Source: Octopus bimaculoides (Eukaryota). Taken from it: a DNA stretch of 64,000 nucleotides. The stretch lies in contig NC_068988.1 in NCBI RefSeq assembly GCF_001194135.2, forward strand, positions 94,209,644 through 94,273,643, given 5' to 3'. This document shows, one piece after another, positions 25,407-39,494 of this stretch (positions are counted from its first letter, which is position 1; each line of letters opens with the position of its first letter). The position numbers and the translations under genes are program-made. The notes under the pieces were generated by a model that was given only the letters and a program-made list of their open reading frames with translations, was not told the origin of the DNA and did no database searches.

Positions 25407-27250
25407 GTTACTTCAGAATTGATAACTTCATCGAAGAATTACAAACTAAATTGATCCTGATAGAATTCCAACAATTATTTATTTTTACCCTCAATGAAGT
25501 CTAAAAAATGTCGGTCCCTCTGACACCGTGGCTTCAAGTTACTCAGCCTCTATGTTTTGGTGAGATAGGTTTTCGCTGCAAGGTAGGTTTCTTTCTACGA
25601 GGTTTTTATTATCTTCCATACAAGCATAATTTCACCTCTTCTTATGTCGTTCATTCCACGTTTAAAGACCTATTATCTTCAGACTTAACCTGCCAATATC
25701 TTCTCACCAGAGGCTTGGATTCGACACCTTATTCTTTGAGGATGATATTTGCAGCATATTCTAGTTTCATCGCGCTCAGAGTATTCGTGATGGTTTTCTT
25801 GCAACTAAGCTTTCACATCCTGTGGCTCTGTTTATATTTCAACCATTGTCATCCCTGGCAGCATTCTAAATCTAATTGGTTTCAGAGTGGTATTTACCCT
25901 TACACTCAGAGCCGTTGTCTGTTAATAAATAAAATGCTTTTGCAATGCACATGTTGACGCTAAAGTTTATCATGACATATCTTGTTGCCTCCGAATGGTA
26001 AGATTTCAACGATATGCTAAAGTCAATATGATTGTTGAAGGAGCTTCCTCTAAACGAGGCATTCTCATCTCTTCTAATCATGCAAAGGGAATCTGGAAGC
26101 GTCCATTATCGATATATTCTTAATATCAACTGTCGAACAAAGCAGGAGACAATATGGCAAGTAAATATAACAAACTGATTAACAGTTACCTTTCTGAACA
26201 AACGGCTCCGCAGACAACCAATGTTAATGGTCTCTCAATGTTGAACTTTATCTTTGAACTCAGAGCTAAAGTACCTGAAGCAATCGGAGAGATACAGGAG
26301 AATAATTGACTGCACAAGAGAATCTTAATTGCTTTAATGAAGAGCAACTCTACCAGCACAGTGACCTGCATTACAAGCTTTTCGCAGTGATGATGTTTTC
26401 TTTATAGATTTTATGAATATTTAATTGTCTCATTAGTTATACAGGAATATAACATCGTTGTTTATTAAACACTTTGCATTTTTTTCACAAAATCACAAAA
26501 GCAAAGAGAAAAAAAAACCTGTTTAGTTCATATAAAGATATAGAACTTAACATAACGGTAAAGGCTACTATATCTCAAGTTATCTTTCCAGACACTATTT
26601 AGCTCCCAGCAAAACTAAATACTTTCATGCAGAAAATAAAACGAAAATCACATCTACATCGACATTCTCATGCGCAGAATATTAATCTAGGAATGAAAGA
26701 CGGCGTTATTTGCGTTGATGTGTTCATGGTTAGAAGCAATACTAATGTAAGGAATAAAGAGTGAAGGTGAAATTTAAAATCCCTGAAGTATATTAGAGGT
26801 CATAGACAAACTTCTGAACCGTGTTATGAGCGACGTAAAGATGCAACAGGTGAGTAATTAGATAGAACATTCTTATATCAGACGCATCGAATCTTTTTGT
26901 TATGCTGGAAAGATCAAAAGAGCCTTTTGTTCACGATGTAACGAAACCGTGCCTCTAGTCACCGGGAAAGAGACATAATATAAATTCAGACGTTAAAAGT
27001 CAAGGCTACAGGCTGCTATAAATGGTTAGGTGAGAGAGGAATCTCTTCTTACAAATTAGAGGAAGCATCGCGTGTTTCCCTATTTTGTCATATGTTCTTG
27101 AAAAGTTGGAAGGTTTAAGCATTTGGTGGGAACTTGTTCTTTAAGTAACCTTTACTTTAAATTGATGTAATGATTACGTTGTTCAATTAAATAGAGTTGC
27201 ATGAAACGATCGTACGGCATTGCCTCTGGATGCCCTTGTTCCTTATTTTG

Positions 27251-27311
<61 letters not shown>

Positions 27312-27523
27312 GCATCTACGTATATATATATTTACTTATGAATGTATATATTGATGAGCGTATATATGTATGTATTTATGCATTGATGCATTTGTATATT
27401 TTATATACACATATAGAATACTATAACGAATCATTTACCAAAATGCCACTTATTTTTAGTCCCTTTTCCAGTAACCACTCTCTGCTGATCCCCACTTCAC
27501 ACCCTCACTTCTCTATTTTAACC

Positions 27524-27688
27524 CTCTCTCTCTCTGTCGCTCTCTCTCTCTCTCTCTGTCGCTCTCTCTCTCTCTGTCGCTCTCTCTCTCTCTGTCGCTC
27601 TCTCTCTCTCTCTGTCGCTCTCTCTCTCTCTCTGTCGCTCTCTCTCTCTGTCGCTCTCTCTCTATCTCTCTCTCTCTCTCTCTCTCGT
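27524..27688 (+). repeat. (CT)n interrupted periodically by GTCG (higher-order microsatellite)
   Basis: Units of ctctctctctgtcg with variable CT number. Confidence 0.95.
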
Positions 27689-28721
27689 TCTTCTGTGTAT
27701 CACAATCTTCCCTTAGTATTCTATTTTAATGTTTATCTTAAATGTTGCTCTTTAAATTTAGCTTCCTTATTTTCATTTATTTTGTCTTTTATTTATAATT
27801 ACATATATTTACACTGTATCGACTTATTTACGCTATTTTTTTAAACCTTATTTTTTTCCAGACTATCAAACTTTAGCAGATTACAAAATATCAGAAGGAG
27901 TCATAACACACCGTTGCTCAACAAACACGAAACATGGCTCTGAAATGTGCCTATTGCGCTTAACTCCACCCATCTCAGCTCAAATCCTTTTGAGTCTCAC
28001 ACTGTTCCAGCAAACAGATAAGAGTAGCTTGGGCATTACTATCAATTTGTCATTTTGACATTTTCAACTGAAGTAACTTGAAGTATGCAGGGCATGTCTG
28101 TCTCTTTAACCAGCTGATAGCTGATAGGAATTTCGTCAAGATAAATTGCTAATCAGGAAACGAGAAAATACCAAACGATGGATATAATCCCTCGTCTCTA
28201 GCGTAATTTTCTGTGAAAGAAAAAAAAAATTCTCTTAATTACGCCATGAAAGCTTCCAAAAGACTGGTGTAAATAAAGGACCTGCTTTTCTATCTCAAGT
28301 GTGATATCATTATCCATAGAAAAAAAAAAATCATTTTTGTTTATAATTTCGTGTTTCTAGCAACAGATAGTATCAAATAAAGAAATATCTTGTATAAGGT
28401 TCCCTCGTCACCATTACACTATCATCACAGCAGTCGATTCCTCCACTCTTGTATTACTGATGGATCTGGGATCGAATAAAGAGATGCCTATATTTGGTCG
28501 TTCTAGAATTAACAGTGAATTATCTCTCCAACAGCACGTATATACTAGTATTGGATAGATATATTTTGCTGAAAGAAAATTTGGTGGCTTCTGCTAGACA
28601 TCTATGGCAATATGTCTACTTAGTTGGATCTAAACAGAAGCAATAATACTTAAAATCGGTTCCAAATTTTGAAACAAGGTGAGCAAGTTCAGGGAAGAAG
28701 CAAAGCGATTATATCAACAGC

Positions 28722-28868
28722 AGCGTTCAGCTGGTACTTGCTTTATCGATCCAGAAAAGATGAAAGGCAAAATCGATCCCGGCAGAATTTGAACTTAGAA
28801 CGTAAAGTCAGACCAAATGGCATTCAAAATTTTTCCCGGCGTGCTAAGGATTCTGCCAGTTTCCCGCC
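28722..28868 (-). mobile_element. SINE family A, degenerate
   Basis: Reverse complement reads ggcgggaaactggcagaatccttagcacgccggg...aagttcaaattctgccggg. Confidence 0.85.
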
Positions 28869-29245
28869 TGAACAACAATCATTAACGTCTGTCGTCATAA
28901 GCATTGAATTTCATATCACTTCCATGACAATTTTCTTGAATTCACCGAACTAATGTAGCAAATTAAAATACACTATATTAGTATAGTTAAAATACACTAT
29001 ATTAGTATTGTGTGAGCAACCGCTGGTAAATTTCAGACAGGCGTATCCTTTAATTTTTGTTCATCGATTGATCTCCCTTGTCGTGAATCAGAGTGTGACA
29101 AAAATGCTAAAAAAAGACCCAGATAATATCCTAGCATTCATATCATCGTGAAAACTACTTCACGGTAGTATCCCAATAATATCACACTCCACTGGCTTAG
29201 TGATATTGTTAAAGGTGAAGGGAAATATAGTACAGTATCCTCCCT

Positions 29246-29248
<3 letters not shown>

Positions 29249-29326
<78 letters not shown>
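29249..29326 (+). repeat. (CT)n microsatellite
   Basis: Direct reading. Confidence 0.98.
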
Positions 29327-29328
<2 letters not shown>

Positions 29329-29627
29329 GGCGTGTGTATCTTCTGTTAATGTACAACACGTATTTTATTATTTACTATGCAATAAGGCGCTGATGAATTC
29401 TAACTTGTTTGTCGTAGAAACATATTTCTAATCAGGTAAATAAACAGATGGTCAAGTATAATATAGCTTGATAGTTAGGACTCCATGTGACCTTTGGCTC
29501 GGTCAATGCTACGGTGGCCTTAACCTTAACAAACATGTCACACTTCCTTCTAAACTCTATCTTAACACCTCTTCATAATCAGCAGCGAACAACATATTTA
29601 CAAAAACGACCACTTAAAACACAAAAA

Positions 29628-29764
29628 CCACCACCACCACCACCATCACCATCACCATCACCATCACCACCACCGTCAACAGTACCACCACCGCCACGAC
29701 CGCCGCTGCTGCCGTCGAAGCCACTGCACCCCGAAGCCGCCTTCACCACCACCACACCACCCCC
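29628..29764 (+). repeat. (CCA)n/(CACCAT)n/(CCG)n compound repeat
   Basis: Direct reading. It is the source of the spurious Pro-rich ORF. Confidence 0.93.
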
Positions 29765-29835
29765 TTTATATTCACCACAAACCTACTATGATACCATGAT
29801 AACCAGCAGCGCGTATACAAGCATTCATACGCGCA

Positions 29836-29882
<47 letters not shown>

Positions 29883-30267
29883 GGATGTATACAAAGAATA
29901 GGCATACATGCATATGTATATATGTATCTATACATACGTAATTTCACATGCCCGTGCGCGCACACACACACACACACANNNNNNNNNNNNNNNNNNNNNN
30001 NNNNNNNNNNNNNNNNNNNNNNNNNNNNNNNNNNNNNNNNNNNNNNNNNNNNNNNNNNNNNNNNNNNNNNNNNNNNNNNNNNNNNNNNNNNNNNNNNNNN
30101 NNNNNNNNNNNNNNNNNNNNNNNNNNNNNNNNNNNNNNNNNNNNNNNNNNNNNNNNNNNNNNNNNNNNNNNNNNNNNNNNNNNNNNNNNNNNTATATACA
30201 CACGCACACACAGAAATACATAGAGAAAGTGAGAGAGAGAGAGATAGACAAATAAATAGATGGATAG

Positions 30268-30298
<31 letters not shown>

Positions 30299-30965
30299 GA
30301 TAAATAGATAGATAGATAGATAGATATTGTCGGTGTAGCAGAGTTGAGTTACATGTATCCTAGATAATTGTGTGTGTGTTTTTTTTAAATGAGAGATCCA
30401 TTAATTGCAACTCCAATTGTTTGTAGTGACGCTCATCGCCGTAGTTGGAACATTAAAGGGGGTAGGGCGTTGAGGTATTGTCAATGCACCGGTTAACCCT
30501 AAAAGTATGTGTTCGTTTTATTGACACAGGTGCTTGGCCAAATCTTTGCTTCAATGGATATTACCGTAAAATTTCGTTACTGTTTACATCTCGAAGTACA
30601 TGCAGAAGATTATTCTTACCTTTTTATTTTTTATATTAATTTTTCAGGTGTTATTTCTTGTTTGTTTCTCATTTTAGTGGATCACATCTTAAGGAGTTCA
30701 TGTTGACCAATATGGCAGAGTTGGGCATTAATAATATATTTCGAGATTTTTTTTTAACGTAAATAAACTTTAAATGACAGACGTGTCTATTAAACTGGGA
30801 GTAATCTATTGGTATGCGTGAATATACTCGTTATGTTTGAATATAACATTTCTATCTATCTATCTATCTATCTAGCTAGCTAGCTAGCTAGCTATCTGTC
30901 TATCTCTTTATATATATATATATATATATATATATNNNNNNNNNNNNNNNNNNNNNATATATCAG

Positions 30966-31015
<50 letters not shown>

Positions 31016-32774
31016 CGTCCGTCTGTCTGTCTAACTGTCTACCCATATTCTATATATTTTTTATTATTATCGACTCGGCCAACAAAGACGGGCTCACACT
31101 TCGAAGGTTAATAATGTGGTTGGTATTTCTCTTAAATTGTTGCAAGTTGGCAGTGAGATAATTAAATACAGTACGGAAGGGCGGAACGGGTGGATGTAAT
31201 AGCAATAGCTTCAGAATATCATTGAACGCAAAGTAAAAAAAAACAGCCCTTGACATATTTGGCCCAATAATGTAAAGGGCCGAGATGAAATGCTATTGAA
31301 TATTCTGTCTGAGGTAAAATTCCTTCAACTAAGTCGCTATTTCTGTGTAAATATTAATTTGATTGTTAGAAGGATTGTTGTCGATTGAACCACCCTCCAA
31401 ATATTACTAGTTTACATGATATAGTCTCTTGAACAACAACAGGCAAAACTGAAATTGAATGTCAAAACTTTGATGGACGTAATTAAATAACGTAAGGCAA
31501 ATTTTAGTGAGTTTATTAGTTGATGACCTCTGATTTCAATGATCTGAACTATCTCCACACGGGAGGAAACAGCGTTAAGAATCAATAGGAAATGTTACTG
31601 ACTTCATTCAAATGTCTACCCAAGAGGTTAAAATAATTGAACTTCGTCTACAATGACAATTGCCATAGTCTAGGATTCAGTTTTCTCAGGAACTTAAGCT
31701 TCACAAAGGTTGAAAGCATCTCTCATTGTGTGTGCTGATCTTTGTGCCGTCTGCAAGCTAGGAGGTTAATTGAACGTTAACCATACCAAATATATATGGT
31801 CGACTCAAATTTCATAGCATTGTTTTGGATGTTGCGAAATATGAGGAGGAGTCTCAACGCAAAATACTCAACATTTGACATATCATCTGAAAGATGTCTC
31901 ATACATTTGGAATCGTAACTATAAATGTTGTTTTTCTCGAACTTAAATAGCAATTAGATGACGTTGATAAAACTTGAAACTTTTCACTTTTAGTTCTTAC
32001 ACAAATAAAATTCTATAGAAAAGTAAAATATAGATGGAATGTCAGTTTGCAATTCATTATGGATTTATCGTTATTGATGGTATAAATGTAATTTCATGGT
32101 GAGTGCCGAACCGGAAAAGTGTCCAACTAAATTGCTGTTATATATAGACCTCTCATTCTTCCTGGAACTAAACACTACATGACCTAGTGAAGCTTTTATC
32201 CATTTGCCCTTAATGGAATTACAAGCAGCTGACAGGGGAACTTTTAAGGGACTGTATACTTTCTCTACAACTACGAACTTTCCTAATGAAAAAGAAAACG
32301 TCTATTTTTTTCCCCTCATTATGTGTTACTGTCCGAATTTCCAAATAAGGTCTTGTGAAATTAAGCTAGTGTAGAATTTATACAAAAATGTGTGTATGAC
32401 TGAATGTGAAATTGTGCGCGCGTGTTTTGATTTTCTGTCCTCTCATACAACACCGTATCGGCCATGGTATCTCTCAATCATATGGCTACTAGCAACGGAG
32501 GCTTTATACCATTATTCGGTTCGGGAAATGTAACATTAATTTCTAGTTTATTTTTTCAAGGCCTCCAAGACTGGCTCGATTGCCTGCAACGGGCTGAACT
32601 CTATTACAGTCCACCAGACTATTAAACTGTACAACAGATTTTTTCTAGTTCCCAAGAATTCAGAACGCAAAGAACCCGAGTGATCCCGAACAGGTCAACT
32701 TCATCCCATACGGAACGCTGCCAATACACTAAAATGGAAAAAACGACTTCGAAAAAAGAGAAAATAAACACATA

Positions 32775-32877
32775 AAAGTAACGACGACCTCAGCAGGATC
32801 TAAACTCTGAACGCAAATGGATGGAACATTTACGCCAGTTATTTTGTCTTACGCGCTAACAACTCTGCCAATTCACC
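32775..32877 (-). mobile_element. SINE family A head, highly degenerate
   Basis: Reverse complement reads ggtgaattggcagagttgttagcgcg...gttcagagtttagatcctgctgaggtcgtcg. Confidence 0.65.
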
Positions 32878-35299
32878 ATTTTGCACAGTGATGTGCGTTG
32901 AACCTCTTTCTCTACGTAAAAAAAACAAACAAACAAGTGTAACGAGGCTTTTAAGGCTTCTATTTTCCTTAATATTTATGAGAAGCAACTCAGGGTATCT
33001 ATAAACTCTTTGCTGCAGATGTAGGTTACATAGCCTTGAATTGCAACTAAAACCAATTTCTCTCTTGTCACTAAAACCCTTCAGAAAGATGTGAATTTTG
33101 TCAATAACATGTTCTTTTGTGATGCATTTAAATAAACCGTTAATGATCACTTGCATGTTTGTGACGGTAACCTGGTCAAGTGGTAACAAGATGATTCATT
33201 GGACACTACAATCCTATTTTAATTAATAGTGGAAGTTAACTAACTGCAGCTAAGGAAAAAAGGCAGATTTGACATTATTTGAACTCAGGACATAGTAGTT
33301 CGATATTATTACGGTAAAACATTTTAGTCTATATCTCTTTAATATTGTCTTTCCCTGGAGATTCTTCTGTGCCAACCGCGATATATTTAGAAGAAAAAAT
33401 AATCTGCAAAGCCTATATTTTTAAAGATATAAAACCAATTATAACAATTAGTTTTCTCGCTGTATGTAAACCGAGAACTCGTTTAATTTTCACAGAAATT
33501 TAAGCGAAAACCTGATAAATATTTTCGTTCGAATCACCAAATGATTAATCTCCAGCAGAGAATTTCTGTAAAACTATTCCAAACTATTGAAGGATGAAAT
33601 TTTGAGATTGTGTTCGCGGCTGGTGTTACACGACATGGTTCCGTTTTACAGAGAGAGAAAAATGTCTTGTCATATTGCCTTTGCTTGTTGTCTTACAATC
33701 ATTTTCTTTTTGCCTGTTGCGATGAAATACTTTCCCTGACCTAGCAATCAGGCCAACCAGTAAGAAGACTCGATTCTGTCTGTAAGCCAGGCTAACAAGT
33801 GTATAAATATTCTGTTTGTTATACGGAACAGAACGTTTTGACATATCATGCTTTATTTTCTGTTTTCTTTTTTCATCTTCACAATTGTTATTCCACTTTT
33901 CCGTTATTATCTTATGCAACCTAAAGAAATAAAATTGCTTCTTTCATATACCCCTCCTCCTAAAAAATACGAAAGCAAAAAATGAGGAAATAACAAAGTA
34001 AACCTCGTTTTCGTATGCGCTTTCTTTTAATTCTTTTTATTCATCCATTTAATAATCCATTTTCTCTGTTACTTAACACTTGCCTTTGTTTTCTTATTTG
34101 TAACCTTTTTTTTTATTTATATTTCATTCCCAGAAAATGGTTAAATAACATTTTTATCTTACACGAAAAAAATCCCTAACAAAAATGATGTGAAGAAGAA
34201 ACTTAGAAAGAGAAATAAATGCTAACACCCTCTCCCCCATACCACACACACATACACAAAAAAAAAACAGAAATACTTTTCTCAACTGATAGGTCTTTAT
34301 TAAAAAAAATAGATAATTTCTGCAAAACACTGGCGGTAAACCAACCTAAAATGGCTGAAAGACCTTTACAGAAAAAAAGACGAAAAGAGACATTAATATA
34401 ACGTAATGAAGCATAATTTAGCATTCTTTTTCTCAAGTCTACATTGCAAATATGTAGAAATGGCAGTACTTCAATACTTCTAATTATTTGTTCCGCTGTA
34501 TCTATTCTATCTTTTATATACAATGTTTTCATTATTAAATATTTTTTTCTCAACTTCACATGGCATCATATTGCCCCCCAATAATTATCTCATTCCGGTC
34601 GTCTTTTATGCATCTGTTTTATAGCATGGTTGTATAAAGATTTCAAGTTAAAGCGACTTTGTCTCAACTATTTTGTATCATAGAAATATAACCGAAATGT
34701 TTACGTGAGAGATGCCGATGTTTTGGTGACTATTTACCTCGTCGGTAAAGAGAGTTATTGAGTTAATCACACAATGTACATCAATTGCTGTCTATATTGG
34801 TGAAGAACAGATAAAAGAACTTTAATATAAATCACAGCGAGCACCTAGTTGGCGGAACACGCCTTCTCTACAGCAAACACAAGAACTGACGCACCGATTT
34901 AGCGAGAGAAAATTAAAGGAAAAGCACGAGTCAAGTGTAATACACAACAAAGTCATTATTCGTATTCACTATGTCTACCTGACTGCAGAGTTTCCTTTCA
35001 GCCCTTAACCTGGTGAACCTGGTTAACCTCATCCTAATCTCGTCTCAGTTCCTCTTAACAAGTCATCTGCGGATCGAATGTCAGTATTGAGAGAAGAAAT
35101 TACAAATAATCTTCTTGAAAGACCGAGCGTGTGATGGAAGCCATTTCGGTTGGTGGCCATTTTGCATTTTCCGCTCTATACTGAAAATAGAGCGAACTCC
35201 CAAGAATTAATGATCGAATATATCAAAAGCTTACGATTGATCCAAACTATACTTTCAGTCATCATTACTAGGGCAATACTTTTTCATCCTATTCGAACT

Positions 35300-35930
35300 G
35301 TGCTACAAAGATGAGGACAACCCATGGATTTCTATTCACGCTACAAACATTTGGGAAATCAGCCAATTCTCTCCCTTTCTCAACGGCCATATCCACCATT
35401 ATGCATTGCACACACACACCATATGCAAAAGTGACATATTCGGTCACTTAAAACTCAATATGCTACTAGACTTGAAAGTATTCTCTTCAATTACATTAAA
35501 AATTGCACTTCAATACTCAGCAGAGCTGGTGCCAGAACCCATTGAACTTTTCAAATTTCTCCTCTCTACGGGATCGATCTTGACCTTTAGGAGCTATCAT
35601 CATTTGCAGTATTTAATATATCTAAACTTATAAAGGAAAACACTTACGGTTCCCTGCTCCAACAATTTTCTTCATCTCAAATTAATAACCACAGGTATTG
35701 TTTCGTAAAGTCAGATCCAATGGTGACTTACTCTCTTCGTTCACCTAGAAATGTTTTCTTAGCTTGAAGATAAATGATGAACACAGTATATTCTCCTATG
35801 ATATTAGCAGAGTTTTCCAACGTGTTTGACATAAGAATCTCCAATGGCAACTTCCTATCCATACATTCCACTTGTTTTTCATCATTTGGTGAAACGATGG
35901 TTTCCAATCTGTTCGTGTTATTGCTGCATA
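35300..35930 (-). mobile_element. Heavily decayed RTE-like LINE RT region
   Basis: Across frames: TIVSPNDEKQVECMD..ILMSNTLENSANIIGEY, FLGERRE..SDFTKQY, and FAYG..GR*ERERIG*FPKCL*RE*KSMG. The order is collinear with RTE RT motifs, but with many stops. Confidence 0.5.
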
Positions 35931-38126
35931 TGTTGACGGAATTCTTTGTTCCCGTTCTGGGGCGTGCTGCATGGTTTCTCTCGCGGAGATTATTATAGAT
36001 TAGTTCCAATCCATTTCGATTTTATCAGAGAAAATCTAGATTTCTTTATTTTAAATAAAATAAAGTCGTCCGACATTGTAACTGTGGCGTACTTTACATA
36101 AAAATAAAATAGATTCAGAGGAAGGAGAGGAAACAACATCCCTAATGGATAGGAAATAGAAAGTAAATATGCATCCAGAAGGGGAGAAGTTATGAGAAAT
36201 TTGCCAAAAACTGACAAAGCAAAAGATCAAAATAGTTTCTCGTTTCGCCTTTAGCAACAACACTAGCAATGAAAGCAACAAAAATAACAAAACAACCACA
36301 ACAGCAATAATATTGATAACATTAACAATATTAATACGAATATAACTATAATTATTGTCATACGAATAACTTCAGAGACCCTGTAATATAATTTCCAACC
36401 AGCCCTTAACGATCTTTAGGAATTTAATTATAGTATTTAGCGTATATCGAGCATCTTTTAGGTGAGATATTTTATAGGTGCATTACTCATTATAGCGGTG
36501 TTGCATTAAAAGACAGTGACTTCAAAGATAAAATCTATTGGCTACAGAAGAGCAGTGTTCGTTTTGTTACTTGATGTTGTAAGAGTTTAAATAAATCTGG
36601 CATTAAAGTGAGTCACATTTGCATCAAAAACTGATACCATAGCCAGCATCAACTGGATAAACTATACAGAAATGTAGACCACTTTCTTCCTCAAGTTTTA
36701 ACTGTCCTACCTAAATGAAAAATGTCTGCCTCAAGCATTAGTTTAGAGAATTGAGTAAAAGACTCTCTAGCAAACAATAGTTAAAACAATCATCATTTAG
36801 GGTTTACTGAAAAGCCTTTTAAAGGAGATTTCTTGCAAAATATCTAGATATTCAAACTCAGAGAATGACGTCGCCATTCCGAAAACCAAACATTTTTAGA
36901 CTTTAATGAAAGATTTCTCCAGAAGACTTCCCAGAAAGTGCTAAGTCTCAATTTAATATTGATACTTTCTGCGGAGATTTCAAATGCTGACCGGTTTAAA
37001 TCGTTAATTTTCTCCAAATTGTAAAAAGCTCACTTACTGCAAAATAATGTTCAGATTTTCACACAAGCAAACATTTCATGAACAATACTGAGCAATGCGT
37101 GCGCACGTAGGCAAATATACAACGTGATACTCAGAATAATATGTACATATATATATATATACATATACATATACATAGATAAATAGATAGATAAATTGAT
37201 AGATGTAAATATAGATATAGATATATGTATGCGTGTATGCATGTATGTATGTATGTGTGCGTATATATATAAATATCTATACGCGGGTACGTTTCATTGT
37301 AGACATATATATAGAGACTAAAATTGATTGATATTTTAAAGAGCTCGTGTCATTTAAAATTGCCGACGATTTTATTTCCTTCCCCTCCGAATGCATTTAT
37401 ATCCCCGCCCTCCTCAAAAAGATCTCATTTTTGATAATTCTGCATTTTTGTCATTAGCTTATTTCTCTGCGGCAGAGCACTCAAACTACTGATTGAAGCA
37501 GATAAGAAGATTTGCATTCTGCCTATTAAACCGCCATTTTGTTTTTGTGTCTCACGCATGTCTTTTAGTTTCCCTATTTATAGCTTCTTTACTCCAAATA
37601 TTGATCTCATCTACTTCTTTCTTCTCCGTTTTACTCTCAACATGTCTGCTTTTAATCAGTCAGTCATTTTGTGATTTTTCTATCTGGCTATCGCCCTTTT
37701 ATATAGTTTTGTTTGACAGACAATCTCTCTCTTTCTCTCTTTTCTCTCTTTCCCTTCCCACTACTTTATATCTTCATATCTCTTTGTCACCTTTCTTCTC
37801 TATTTTATGTTCAGTTCTGTTCTCATTGCAGTGTCTTTTCCGAGATTTGATGTCCGCTCTATCACCGGATGTGAAACCATTTTTATTAACCCGAGCCAAT
37901 TTCCTTAAATAATAATTATGACGTTTTTTAAGGTATCTTTCAATGGCAGACAAGTAGGTCATCGACTACTATTGACATCAGGCAAACAACAAAAATATGA
38001 ATTGCTTGCATTTTAAGCTTTATTATCCCAGAAGGAAACTGAGGTTAGATGAGAAGCTGTGAATGTCAATTTCAAAACAAAAGCGCTACTACTACTACCA
38101 CTACTACTACTAATAATAATAATAAT

Positions 38127-38344
38127 AGTCGTTTCTACTGAAGGCACAAAACCTGAAATTTTGGGTGAAGGTACAAGTCGGTTATATCGACCCCAGTACG
38201 CAACTGGTACTTAGTTCATCGACCCCCAAAGTATGAAAAGCAAAGACGACCTCAGCGGAATTTGAACTCGGAAGGTAAAGACGGACGAAATGCTGCTAAG
38301 TATTTTGCCCGGCGTGCTAACGACTCTGCCAGCTCCACGCCTTC
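38127..38344 (-). mobile_element. SINE family A, full length, with (ATT)n on both flanks of its own strand
   Basis: Reverse complement reads gaaggcgtggagctggcagagtcgttagcacgccgggcaaaatac...gtagaaacgactattattatt. Confidence 0.93.
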
Positions 38345-38714
38345 ATATTAATAATAATAATAATAATAATGATAATAATAATAATAATAATGATGATGAT
38401 GATATTATTATCATTATTTTTATTATTTAACAGTGATCCCTGGCTTACCTTCCATGCAGCATTGTCGTTTTGAATTTTCTTTCCATTCTCCCCTTTATTT
38501 TCTTTGCTTACTTTTTTATTTTTTATTTTTCTGTTTGTTTCATTTTTTTCGCCTTTTCCCCCGCTATCTTTCTTCCCCTTTTCCACAATTACATAATTTT
38601 GTAAATGAACAATCTAGTGTGGTTATTTTAATGATCTACCAATGTATACAGTGCGTTTCTCTACCCTGGGTGTCAGGAAGACACTCGGCAAGAAATAGAA
38701 GCACAAATGAAAGA

Positions 38715-38716
38715 TG

Positions 38717-38755
<39 letters not shown>

Positions 38756-38795
38756 CCAACAACAACAATAATAATAATAATAATAATAATATTAA
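38715..38795 (+). repeat. (AAC)n(AAT)n compound microsatellite
   Basis: Direct reading. Confidence 0.96.
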
Positions 38796-38945
38796 TAATA
38801 ATTGAAGTATGAAAACAATTTCGCTTATTTGTTTTGATTGTATTTATTTCCAAATTAAATTTCAAAGCAGTAACTTAGAAATAGATCCAGTCTTCCTGCA
38901 AAGTGCCAATGGCCAAACATGCTGAAATTTTATAAGAGACACTGC

Positions 38946-38989
<44 letters not shown>

Positions 38990-38995
38990 ATAGTA

Positions 38996-39378
38996 GGCGT
39001 GGCTGTGTGGTAAGTAGCTTGCTTATGAACTACATGTTTCCCGGTTCAGTCCTACTGTGTGGCACCTTGGACAAGTGTCTTCTANNNNNNNNNNTATATA
39101 TATATATATATATATATGCATATATGCATATATATATTATATATGGTTGTGTGTGTGTGTATGTGTGTGTATCTTTGTGTGTCTGTGTTTGTGTCCTCAA
39201 CATCGCTTGACAACCGATGCTGGTGTGTTTAAGCCCCTGTAACTTAGCTGTTCGGCAAAACACGGTCGATAGAATAAGTACTAGGCTTACAAGGAATAAG
39301 TCTTGGGGTCGATTTGCTCGACTAAAGGCGGTGCTCCAGCATGGCCACAGTCAAAAGACTGAAACAAGTAAAAGAATA
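38996..39378 (+). mobile_element. SINE family B, full span, interrupted by a 10-N gap
   Basis: Head ggcgtggctgtgtggtaagtagcttgc...ccggttcagtcc; tail gactgaaacaagtaaaagaat. Preceded by (AGT)n. Confidence 0.93.
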
Positions 39379-39454
39379 CTTACACACATACACACACACT
39401 CATATATATTTATATATACATATATATGTATGTATATATACATCTATCTATAGG

Positions 39455-39494
<40 letters not shown>

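Noticed and set aside
25500-26380. Possible decayed L1/Tx1-like RT on the minus strand
   Set aside because: Only a faint SLLYLLA resemblance, with no YADD or QG motif recovered.
29487-30275. Pro-rich 262-aa ORF resembling an extensin or formin
   Set aside because: It is a translation of CCA/CCG and CA microsatellites plus a gap.
37774-37962. Basic 62-aa ORF MTYLSAIERYLKKRHNYYLRKLARVNKNGF
   Set aside because: No recognisable family or splice context; consistent with chance.
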